A stretch of DNA of 64,000 nt from Alphaproteobacteria bacterium (GTDB taxonomy: Bacteria > Pseudomonadota > Alphaproteobacteria > Bin95), in NCBI GenBank assembly GCA_964291285.2, contig OZ219787.1, positions 608,001-672,000 of the forward strand. Reading direction: 5' to 3'. The notes under the pieces were generated by a model. That model made no database searches. It had not been told where the DNA came from and saw nothing but the letters and a program-made list of their open reading frames with translations. This document shows, in pieces, positions 1 to 7,840 of the stretch; the first letter of the stretch is position 1; each line of letters opens with the position of its first letter. A program made the position numbers and the translations under genes.

Positions 1-2
1 AG

Positions 3-962
3 GCCATGATCGCCCGGGCCGACGTGATGATCGAGAATTTCGCGCCCGGCGCCATCGAGCGCCTCGGCCTCGGCTACGAGGTGGCGAAGGAGATCAACCC
101 GCGCATCATCTACGCCCAGGTGAAGGGCTTCGCGCGCGGCGGGCCCTACGAGAAGTTCCTCTCCTTCGACATGATCGGCAAGGCGGTGGGCGGCGTCATG
201 GCGATCACCGGCGACCCGGACGGGCGGCCGATCAATCCCGGCCCCACCATCGGCGACACCGGCACCGGCCTGCACATGGCGATCTCGATCCTGGGCGCGC
301 TCTACCAGCGCGGCCGCACCGGCAAGGGCCAGCATATCGAGGTCGCGATGCAGGACGCGATGATCAACTATTGCCGGCTCGCCTATGCCGTGCAGGCCAC
401 GACCGGCGCGGCCGCGCCCCGGCGCGGCAACGAGGTCATCATGGCGGGCAGCGCGCCCTCGGACGTGTTCCTCTGCGCGCCCGGCGGGCCCAACGACTAT
501 GTCTATATCTACACGACCCGCGCCTCGAACCTCCACTGGGAGCGGCTCTGCGAGGTGATCGGCAGGCCGGAGTTGAAGGACGACCCGCGCTTCGCCACGG
601 CGCCCGCGCGCTCGGCCAACCAGAAGGACCTCGACGAGGCGATCACCGCCTGGACCAGCCAGCGCAGCAAGGAAGAGGCGATGGAGGCCATCGGCGCGGC
701 CGGCGTGCCGGTCGGCGCGGTGTTCGATTCCAAGGAGCTCTCGGACAGCGAGGACATGCGCGCGCGCGGAATCTTCCAGACGGTGAAGCATCCCGAGCGC
801 GGCGATTTCCTGATGCCGGGCTGGCCCGTGAAGATGTCCGGCAACGACGTGCCGGTCCAGTGCTCCCCCACGCTCGGCGAACATACCGACGAGGTGCTGT
901 CGGACTGGCTCGGCCTCTCCGGCGGCGAGGTGGCGGCGCTGCGCGACAAGGGTGCCGTCTGA
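3..962 (+). CDS. Family III CoA transferase (CaiB/BaiF, formyl-CoA transferase-like), 5'-truncated by the window edge
   Basis: ADVMIENFAPG, NPRIIYAQVKGF and GPTIGDTGTG (catalytic Asp region), C-terminal PTLGEHTDEVL; frame is open to the window start. Confidence 0.9.
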   Translation, partial: AMIARADVMIENFAPGAIERLGLGYEVAKEINPRIIYAQVKGFARGGPYEKFLSFDMIGKAVGGVMAITGDPDGRPINPGPTIGDTGTGLHMAISILGALYQRGRTGKGQHIEVAMQDAMINYCRLAYAVQATTGAAAPRRGNEVIMAGSAPSDVFLCAPGGPNDYVYIYTTRASNLHWERLCEVIGRPELKDDPRFATAPARSANQKDLDEAITAWTSQRSKEEAMEAIGAAGVPVGAVFDSKELSDSEDMRARGIFQTVKHPERGDFLMPGWPVKMSGNDVPVQCSPTLGEHTDEVLSDWLGLSGGEVAALRDKGAV

Positions 963-1012
963 GCGGCCTGCGCCCAATCACAACCGATAGAACGTAAGGA
1001 ACCCTCCGTCCC

Positions 1013-1744
1013 ATGTCAGACAATATCGCCGAGCAGCTGGCGCCGACCGGCGTGCTGCGCGCGGGCATCAACATGTCCAACTTCCTGCTGGTCACGGGCC
1101 GGACCGAATCCGGCGACCCCGACGGCGTGTCGCCCGACATGGCGCGCGCGCTGGGCGAGCGGCTGGGCCTGCCGGTCAAGATGGTGCCCTTCGCCACCCC
1201 CGGCGAACTGGCGGACGCAGCCGCCGACGACGCCTGGGACATCGGGCTGATCGGCGCCGAGCCGCAGCGCGCGGAGAAGATCGCCTTCTCGCTTGCCTAT
1301 TCCGAAATCGAGGCGACCTACCTCGTGCCGCCCGGCTCGCCGATCCGGTCGGTCGAGGAGGTGGACCGGCCCGGCATCCGCATCGCCGTCTCGGCCCGCA
1401 GCGCCTACGAGCTCTGGCTCTCGCGCAACATCCGCCATGCCGAACTGGTGCTGGCGCACGGCCTCGGCGCCGCCTTCGAGATGTTCGTCGAGAAGGGCTA
1501 CGAGGCGCTCGCCGGCCTGCGTCCGGGGCTGATCGGCGATGTCGAGAAGCTGCCCGGCGCGCGCATCCTGGACGGGCAGTTCTCCGCCGTGCAGCAGGCC
1601 ATCGGCGTGCCCCGCTCCCGGCCGGACTCCGCCGCGGCCTTCGTCGCGGCGTTCGTCGAGGAGGCCAAGACGAGCGGCCTGGTGGCCAGCCTGATTGCCC
1701 GCCACGGCGTCGAGGGCCGCCTCATGGTGGCCGCGGCGGGATAG
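1013..1744 (+). CDS. Family 3 (polar amino acid type) substrate-binding protein
   Basis: LAPTGVLRAGIN, GVSPDMARAL and VDRPGIRIAV motifs; AAGGA RBS upstream; no permease adjacent. Confidence 0.8.
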   Translation: MSDNIAEQLAPTGVLRAGINMSNFLLVTGRTESGDPDGVSPDMARALGERLGLPVKMVPFATPGELADAAADDAWDIGLIGAEPQRAEKIAFSLAYSEIEATYLVPPGSPIRSVEEVDRPGIRIAVSARSAYELWLSRNIRHAELVLAHGLGAAFEMFVEKGYEALAGLRPGLIGDVEKLPGARILDGQFSAVQQAIGVPRSRPDSAAAFVAAFVEEAKTSGLVASLIARHGVEGRLMVAAAG

Positions 1745-1773
1745 CGCCGCGCCGGTTCGGAAGGGCCCTGCCC

Positions 1774-2703
1774 ATGCGACCGACGGCGGCCCTGCGCAGA
1801 CCGGGGGCGTTCGCCCTGGTCCTGGCGGCCGGGCTCTGGACGGCGGCTGCGCACCCGGCCGGGGGCGAGGATCGGCTGACAGCGGTCGTATCGGCCTTCC
1901 CGCCGGAGATGGCCGTCTTGCGGGCGGAGCTTGAGGACGCCGCCTCGCAGTCCGTGAACGGCGTGGAGTTCGTCACGGGCCGGCTCGAGGGCCGCAAGAC
2001 CGTGCTCTTCCTCAGCGGCATCAGCATGGTCAACGCGGCGATGACCGTGCAGCTTGCGCTCGACCGCTTCCCCATCGACCGGATCGTCTTTTCCGGCATC
2101 GCCGGCGGCGTCGATCCGGGCCTCGACATAGGCGATGTCGTCGTCGCCGAACGCTGGGGGCAGTATCTCGAAGCCGTGTTTGCGCGGAAGGCCGGGGACG
2201 GCTGGGAGAAACCGCCCTTCTTCGAATATCCCTACGCCAATTTCGGCATGATGTTCCCGCGCTCCGTCACCGTGGCCCGCGCCGGTGCGGCCGGGCCCGA
2301 AACGCGTTTCTGGTTCCCGGTGGACGAATCTCTCCTCGACGGCGCGCGGCGGGCGGCGGCGGGCGTGGCGCTCGAGCGCTGCGCCGGGGAGGGCGAATGC
2401 CTGCCGCAGGCCCCGAAGATCGTCATCGGCGGCTCGGGCGTGTCGGGCGGCGCCTTCATCGACAATGCGGAGTTTCGCGACTACGCCTTCCGCACCTTCG
2501 GCGCGCGCCTGCTCGACATGGAGAGCGCGGCCGTCGCCCATGTCGCGCTGGCGAACGGTGTGCCCTTCATCGCCGTCCGCAGCCTGTCGGACCTTGCCGG
2601 CGGCAGCGGGCAGGCGAACCGGCTGGAAGTGTTCTTCCGCCTCGCGGCCGGCAATGCCGCCCGCGTCGTCAGGGCCCTGCTCCGGGAAATGCCGGACGGC
2701 TAG
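1774..2703 (+). CDS. MTA/SAH nucleosidase family (PNP_UDP_1) protein with N-terminal signal peptide
   Basis: SGISMVNAA, FSGIAGG, IGDVVV, LDMESAAVAHVA and RSLSDLAGG motifs; N-terminus is basic, then hydrophobic, then Ala-rich cleavage-like. Confidence 0.85.
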   Translation: MRPTAALRRPGAFALVLAAGLWTAAAHPAGGEDRLTAVVSAFPPEMAVLRAELEDAASQSVNGVEFVTGRLEGRKTVLFLSGISMVNAAMTVQLALDRFPIDRIVFSGIAGGVDPGLDIGDVVVAERWGQYLEAVFARKAGDGWEKPPFFEYPYANFGMMFPRSVTVARAGAAGPETRFWFPVDESLLDGARRAAAGVALERCAGEGECLPQAPKIVIGGSGVSGGAFIDNAEFRDYAFRTFGARLLDMESAAVAHVALANGVPFIAVRSLSDLAGGSGQANRLEVFFRLAAGNAARVVRALLREMPDG

Positions 2704-2729
2704 TGCGGCCCCCGTTCCGACAAAGCCGT

Positions 2730-2791
2730 ATTTCGGTCCGAGTCCGAAATCGTCGCCCCGGATCGTCGCTGGCGCACCGTCCGGGGTGACG
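2730..2791. repeat. Two adjacent intergenic stem-loops (REP-like)
   Basis: ATTTCGG/CCGAAAT (2730-2750) and CGTCGCCCCGGA/TCCGGGGTGACG (2751-2791, one G-U pair). Confidence 0.5.
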
Positions 2792-2869
2792 GTAGTGTGC
2801 GTTGCTCCAAAGGCGGTCCGGACCGAACGGACTCCGCTCCAATGCTGCAAGGCGAAGGAGAAACGCGGC

Positions 2870-3073
2870 ATGCGCGCTCTCGATATTTCCGACTGCATCA
2901 ACGAGACCTGCCCCTGGTCCGGCAAGCCGGTGCAGGCCGATTCGCTCGTCGAATTCGACGGCCGCGTCGTCGGCTTCTGCAACACCGGCTGCCGCGACAA
3001 GTTCGAAACCGCGATTCGCCATTTCGAACAGGCGAAGGCCGCGAAGACGGGCGGCGGGCGCCACGGATCGTGA
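2870..3073 (+). CDS. Small YHS/TRASH-like Cys-motif metal-binding protein (67 aa)
   Basis: AAGGAG RBS at 2855-2860, ATG at 2870; INETCPWSGKPV...VVGFCNTGCRDKF; it is the C-terminal part of track ORF 2285..3073. Confidence 0.75.
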   Translation: MRALDISDCINETCPWSGKPVQADSLVEFDGRVVGFCNTGCRDKFETAIRHFEQAKAAKTGGGRHGS

Positions 3074-3302
3074 ACGATGCCCGATGCTTGTTCGTACTGT
3101 CAGAAATAACTTTCTATAGAACTCGATTTCTGGCGGTCTGCGATACAACGGAGCGGCAAGAAGGAAGCGGCATCCGCGGCATCGCCCTCGCCCCCGTCCC
3201 CTGAGCAACCGGATAGATGGGTAACAGTTTTCTGTGTTCGTTCGGTCTCCGCCCGGCCGGCGGACAAAGCCCGGCAACCGTCCGCGCAAGCCGCGAGGCC
3301 CT

Positions 3303-3351
3303 CTCCCGCCTGCGCGGGGGCAGACCTCCGGCACCTCCCACCAGGCGGGAG
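3303..3351. terminator. GC-rich inverted repeat between the convergent YHS and HTH genes (possible terminator or REP-like element)
   Basis: CTCCCGCCTG (3303-3312) / CAGGCGGGAG (3342-3351), 10-bp perfect stem; no clear U-tract. Confidence 0.35.
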
Positions 3352-3392
3352 GGTAGTTAGAGGGGAAGGAGGAAGAAGCGGGAGCGGCGCCG

Positions 3393-3833
3393 CTACCGTT
3401 CGGTCCACCGCTTCCACTGCTTCCGCCGGGGGCGGGCGATGCGGCGGGTGCGCTCCAGGCCGTGGCGCTTCAGGAAATTCTGCACTGTGGCCGCGTGGAA
3501 CGGGAACCCCTCCGCGGCGAGCGCGTCGCGCAGTTCGTACATGGAAATCGCCGGGCGCGCCTCAAGGATGCGGAAAATGCGCTCCCGGTGCGGCTCGATC
3601 CGCGAGGCACTGCCGCCCATGCGCTTGCGCCGTACATGGCCCTGCTCGCGGAAGCGCTGCAGCCAGCGGCAGACGCTGGACACCGCCAGCCCGAACCGCC
3701 GGGCGGCGGCCGACGCGCTCATGCCCTCCTCCACCACCGCCATGACCGCCCGGCTCCGCAGCTCCTCGCCGACCGGGCGGCCTCGCCCCGGCCGCCGCAG
3801 CGCGCCCGCCGGTCCGCTCATCGATCCATCCAT
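3393..3833 (-). CDS. Stand-alone IS630 transposase-type N-terminal DNA-binding (HTH/winged HTH) protein, 146 aa, no DDE domain
   Basis: ELRSRAVMAVVEEGMSASAAARRFGLAVSSVCRWLQRFREQG and PAISMYELRDALAAEG...TVQNFLKRHGL match IS630 OrfA; AAGGAGG RBS upstream of ATG 3833. Confidence 0.75.
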   Translation of the reverse strand: MDGSMSGPAGALRRPGRGRPVGEELRSRAVMAVVEEGMSASAAARRFGLAVSSVCRWLQRFREQGHVRRKRMGGSASRIEPHRERIFRILEARPAISMYELRDALAAEGFPFHAATVQNFLKRHGLERTRRIARPRRKQWKRWTER

Positions 3834-3909
3834 CTTCGTGCTTCCTCCTTGTTCCGCCGCGCCCGCGCGACTTCCATCAACGTCCCAACCCGAACCCGAT
3901 TTCCCGGCT

Positions 3910-4021
3910 CTCCGGCCGCCCAGCCGGACCGCGACAAACGGCAGCGGACGACAGCGAATGTTGCAGCCGGAATGAGCGTCCCCGACCCCTCCGGCCACCC
4001 AGGCAGACCGCGACAAACGGC
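3910..4021. repeat. Two 33-bp direct repeats, starts 79 bp apart
   Basis: CTCCGGCCGCCCAGCCGGACCGCGACAAACGGC (3910-3942) vs CTCCGGCCACCCAGGCAGACCGCGACAAACGGC (3989-4021), 30/33 identical. Confidence 0.85.
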
Positions 4022-4156
4022 CGCCGGCGCGCGCGGCCGGGTTTGCCGCCGCGGGGTGGCGGGTTCGCGGCAGAGGTCCGGAAAAGGCGGCTTGCGCGGC
4101 TGCGCCAGCCCATCAGGTCCAGATCATGGCCCTTTCACTCCGTCAGGGATGTAAAG

Positions 4157-4190
4157 GAACATATATAGAACCAATGGGAGGAATGTCAAG
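4157..4190 (-). promoter_or_regulatory. Leftward sigma70-like promoter overlapped by an alphaproteobacterial LexA (SOS) box
   Basis: Plus strand GAAC-ATATATA-GAAC at 4157-4171 (GTTC-N7-GTTC on minus); minus strand reads CTTGACA-ttcctcccattggtt-CTATATAT. Confidence 0.65.
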
Positions 4191-4273
4191 CGCATTGCCG
4201 CCGCCCCGGCCGCCCCGTAGCATGGAAACGGACGCCGCCGCCCCGACCGGCAGACCCCGAGGAGACGACGCAT

Positions 4274-5062
4274 ATGCCCTTTCTCACCGAGCAGCACGGC
4301 CATGTCGTGACGGCGACGCTCAGCCGCCCCGAGGCCCGCAACGCCTGGGGGCAGGACTTCTATGACGGCATCGCCGAGTGCTTTCCCCGCTGGGCGGACG
4401 ACGACGGCGTGCGCGCGGTGGTGGTGACCGGCGACGAGGACGGGCGCGCCTTCTCGGCCGGGGCCAACCTGAAGGACCCGAACACCCATGCGATGCCGCC
4501 GGTTGCCGAGTTCGTCAAGAATTTGTCGAAGCGGGAGCGTTTTCCGTTCGACGTCTTCATGGACTTCCCGAAGCCGATCGTCGCCGCGGTCAACGGCTAC
4601 GCCATCGGGATCGGCTGCATCCTGACCTTCTGCTGCGACCTGGTCGTGGCGAGCGACCGGGCGGAGTGGCGGCTGCCGCAGACCGCGCTCGGCATCCTGC
4701 CCGCATACGGCGGCTCCGTGCGCCTGGCGCGGCTCGTCGGCAAGGGCCTCGCCATGCGGCTTGCCATGGGCTTCCCGCTCGACGGCGAAGAAGCGCACCG
4801 CATCGGCCTCGCCCAGTGGCTGGTTCCGCACGGGGAGCTGATGGGCAAGGCGATGGACGTGGCCGGCCATGTCGCCGCGCTGCCGCCGCTGGCCGTCCGG
4901 CTCACCAAGGAATCGCTCAACCGCGGCATGGACATCCCGAACCTCAAGGACGCCGCCCTCGTCGACCTCTACCGCTTCATGACGCTGGAATTGACCGAGG
5001 ACAAGGAAGAGGCCCACAGCGCCTGGCGGGAACGGCGCACGCCGAACGTCCGGGGCGTCTGA
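4274..5062 (+). CDS. Enoyl-CoA hydratase/isomerase family protein
   Basis: LSRPEARNA, AFSAGANL, KPIVAAVNGYAIGIG crotonase motifs; AGGAG RBS. Confidence 0.9.
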   Translation: MPFLTEQHGHVVTATLSRPEARNAWGQDFYDGIAECFPRWADDDGVRAVVVTGDEDGRAFSAGANLKDPNTHAMPPVAEFVKNLSKRERFPFDVFMDFPKPIVAAVNGYAIGIGCILTFCCDLVVASDRAEWRLPQTALGILPAYGGSVRLARLVGKGLAMRLAMGFPLDGEEAHRIGLAQWLVPHGELMGKAMDVAGHVAALPPLAVRLTKESLNRGMDIPNLKDAALVDLYRFMTLELTEDKEEAHSAWRERRTPNVRGV

Positions 5063-5085
5063 CCGGGAGAAGGAGGACGGCCGCC

Positions 5086-5922
5086 ATGCCTTTCGAGATA
5101 CGCCCGCTGCCGGGGGTGACCGGCGCCGAGGTGATCGGGTTCGACATCGGCCGCGACGGCGCGGACGGGGCGGCCCGGCGGCGCTTGCAGGACGCCTGGA
5201 CCGACCGGGTGGTGCTGGTGTTCCGCGACATGGAGATCGACGAGGCGGGCTTCATGCGCCTCGCCGGCCTTTTCGGCGAGAACGTCCCGCAGCCGGTGCA
5301 GCGGCCGGAATACCGCGTCGAGGGCTTCCCCTTCATCCGGCTGCTCTCGAGCTGGCATCGCGATTCGCTCGGCGACAACAAGCCGCTCAATGTCGGCGGC
5401 ACCTGGCACACGGACCACTCCCACCTGCCCGACCCGCCCCGCGGCACGGTGCTGCGCGCCATCCGCCTGCCCGGCGAAGGCGGCGACACGAGCTTCACCA
5501 ACCAGCGCGCCGCCTACGAGGCGCTGGACGAGGAGACGCGGCGCGAGGTGGACCCGCTGGTCGGCCTCCACATCTACAACAGCCGCTACGCGCCGCGCCG
5601 CATGGCGACGATGACGCCGGAGGAGGAGCGCGAGGCGCCGAGCGCCCGCCATCCGCTGGTGCGCCCGCACCCGGTGAGCGGGCGGAAGGCGCTCTATTTC
5701 AACCCGATCCGCGTCGAGCGCTTCGACGGCATGGACGCCGCCGCCTCGCAGGCGCTGATGGACCGGCTGGTGGCACATTGCGAGCAGGACCGGTTCGTCT
5801 ACCGCCACCGCTGGCGCGCGGGCGACGTGCTGATCTGGGACAACGCCCAGGCGCTGCACATGGTCCGCCACGACTACGACCCCGCCCGGGAGCGGGTCAT
5901 GCACCGCACGCTAGTCGGCTGA
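5086..5922 (+). CDS. TauD/TfdA family Fe(II)/2-oxoglutarate dioxygenase
   Basis: AAGGAGG RBS then ATG 5086 (MPFEIRPLPGVTGAEV); WHTDHS, GGDTSF, HPLVRPHPVSGRKALY, WDN...H, MHRT. Confidence 0.9.
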   Translation: MPFEIRPLPGVTGAEVIGFDIGRDGADGAARRRLQDAWTDRVVLVFRDMEIDEAGFMRLAGLFGENVPQPVQRPEYRVEGFPFIRLLSSWHRDSLGDNKPLNVGGTWHTDHSHLPDPPRGTVLRAIRLPGEGGDTSFTNQRAAYEALDEETRREVDPLVGLHIYNSRYAPRRMATMTPEEEREAPSARHPLVRPHPVSGRKALYFNPIRVERFDGMDAAASQALMDRLVAHCEQDRFVYRHRWRAGDVLIWDNAQALHMVRHDYDPARERVMHRTLVG

Positions 5923-6600
5923 GTGCTCCTGCAGCACGCCGTCTTCCAGCCGCACCATCCGGTCCAGCTGGCGGGCGAGGTCGATATTGTGGGTGGCGAC
6001 CAGCGCGGCGACGCCGGCCTCGTGCGCGAGCTGGAGAAAGGTCTGGATGACGAGGCGCCCATTGGCCTCGTCGAGATTGCCGGTCGGCTCGTCGGCCAAT
6101 AGCAGGCGGGGCGCGTTCGCCGTGGCGCGCGCGATCGCGACGCGCTGCTGCTCGCCGCCGGAAAGCCGCGCCGGACGGTGGGCCGCCCGGTTCGACAGGC
6201 CGACCATGGCGAGCAGCGCATCCGCGCGCTCGCGCGCCTCGCGCTTCGACCGGCCGGTGACGAGCTGCGGGATCACGAGGTTCTCGCGCGCCGAGAATTC
6301 CGGCAGCAGCTGGTGGAACTGGAAGACGAATCCGAGATGCCGCGCCCGCATGGCGCTGAGCCGCCTGTCGCTGAGGCCGGAGGCGCTTTCGCCGGAAATC
6401 CGGACCTCGCCGGCGTCCGGGCGGTCCAGCAGGCCCGCGATCTGGAGCAGCGTCGTCTTGCCGGAGCCGGACGGCCCGATCAGCGCCACGGTTTCGCCCT
6501 CGCTCACGGCGAGGTCGATCCGCCGCAGCACCGGCAGCCTCGTGTCGCCCTGCACGAAGGTGCGCTGCACGCCATCGAGCTCCAGCGCCGCCCTACTCAT
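5911..6600 (-). CDS. lolD: Lipoprotein-releasing ABC transporter ATP-binding protein
   Basis: GPSGSGKTT, GFVFQFHQLLPEFSAREN, LSGGEQQRV, LADEPTGNLD; follows lolC/E; start refined to ATG 6600. Confidence 0.92.
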   Translation of the reverse strand: MSRAALELDGVQRTFVQGDTRLPVLRRIDLAVSEGETVALIGPSGSGKTTLLQIAGLLDRPDAGEVRISGESASGLSDRRLSAMRARHLGFVFQFHQLLPEFSARENLVIPQLVTGRSKREARERADALLAMVGLSNRAAHRPARLSGGEQQRVAIARATANAPRLLLADEPTGNLDEANGRLVIQTFLQLAHEAGVAALVATHNIDLARQLDRMVRLEDGVLQEHSAD

Positions 6601-7840
6601 AGCGCAGCGCATCCGCCGGGTCCTGCCGCGCGGCCCGCCAGCAGGGATAGAGCGGCGCCAGGATCGAAAGGACAAGACTCATCGCCACCACCGCCGCCAC
6701 CTCGGTCGAGTCCACCCTGGCCGGCAGCCGGGACAGGAAATAGATCTCCGCCTGGAACAGGTCGGTCCCGGTGAAGCCCTCGATCCACCGGCGGAGGCGC
6801 TCGATGTTCGTCGCGCAGACAAGGCCGAGACCGAAGCCGACGGCGGTGCCGATGATGCCGACGGACGAGCCCGTGAGGAAGAAAATGCGCATCATCGAGC
6901 CGCGCGTCGAGCCGATGGCTCGCAGGATGGCGATGTCGCGCGCCTTGTCCTTCACCAGCATGATCATACTGGAAAGGACGTTGAACGCCGCTACCATGAT
7001 GATGAGCGTGAGGATGAGGAACATCACGTTCCGCTCGACCTCGAGCGCGCTCACGAAGCTCGCATTTGACTGGCGCCAGTCGAACACCTGCACGCCGGGA
7101 TCGGTGGCCACGAGGATGCGTGCGCCGACATCGCGGACATCTTCCGGATCGGCGATCTTCACCTCGATATTGGTGATCCCGTCGCCGATCTTGAAGAAGC
7201 GCTGTGCCGTTTCCAGCGGCATATAGACGTAGCTGTTGTCGTATTCGTACATCCCGACATGGAAAGTCGCGAGCACACGGAACGCCTTGGTCCGGGGTAT
7301 GGCGCCGAACGGCCCGGCAGCGCTCTTCGGCGCCACCATGGAGATACGCCCGCCGGGCCCGACCCCGAGACGGGCGGCCAGCCGGTCACCGAGCACCACG
7401 CCGGAGGGGTCCCCGAACGCATCCAGCGCGCCGGATCGCAGATTGTCCGAAATGATCGCGAGCGAACGGAGGTCTTCCGCCCTGATGCCGCGCGCCAGCG
7501 CTCCCGACGCCACGCCCTCGCGCACGATCATCGCCTGCCCTTCCACGGAAGGATGGGCGCTCGTGACCCCTTCGACCGACCGCACCTGCCCGCTGAGCCT
7601 GTCGAAATCGCCGAGCGGCCCGCGGTCTATCGCCATCACCGCGATATGGCCGTTCAGTCCCAGAACGCGGTCGAACAGCTCGGCCCGGAAGCCGTTCATC
7701 ACCGCCATCACGACGATCAGCGTCGCGACGCCGAGCGCAATGCCGATCAGCGAAATGATCGCGGTCAGCGAGATGAACCCTTCCTGCCGCCGCGCGCGCA
7801 GATAGCGGAACGCGACGGTGCGCTCGAACGCCGAGAACAT
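6593..7840 (-). CDS. lolC: Lipoprotein-releasing ABC transporter permease (LolC/E family)
   Basis: AFRYLRARRQEGFIS, VMAVMNGF, ERNVMFLIL, YFLSRLPA, DPADALRYE; ATG 7840 overlaps the proS stop. Confidence 0.92.
   Translation of the reverse strand: MFSAFERTVAFRYLRARRQEGFISLTAIISLIGIALGVATLIVVMAVMNGFRAELFDRVLGLNGHIAVMAIDRGPLGDFDRLSGQVRSVEGVTSAHPSVEGQAMIVREGVASGALARGIRAEDLRSLAIISDNLRSGALDAFGDPSGVVLGDRLAARLGVGPGGRISMVAPKSAAGPFGAIPRTKAFRVLATFHVGMYEYDNSYVYMPLETAQRFFKIGDGITNIEVKIADPEDVRDVGARILVATDPGVQVFDWRQSNASFVSALEVERNVMFLILTLIIMVAAFNVLSSMIMLVKDKARDIAILRAIGSTRGSMMRIFFLTGSSVGIIGTAVGFGLGLVCATNIERLRRWIEGFTGTDLFQAEIYFLSRLPARVDSTEVAAVVAMSLVLSILAPLYPCWRAARQDPADALRYE

Noticed and set aside
3074-3392. IS630 OrfB (DDE domain) reached by frameshift downstream of the HTH gene
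   Set aside because: Minus-strand frames here show no DDE-type motifs, and the space before the convergent YHS gene is too short
3910-4021. Mini-CRISPR interpretation of the 33-bp repeats
   Set aside because: Only two imperfect units and no cas genes in the window; kept as a direct repeat
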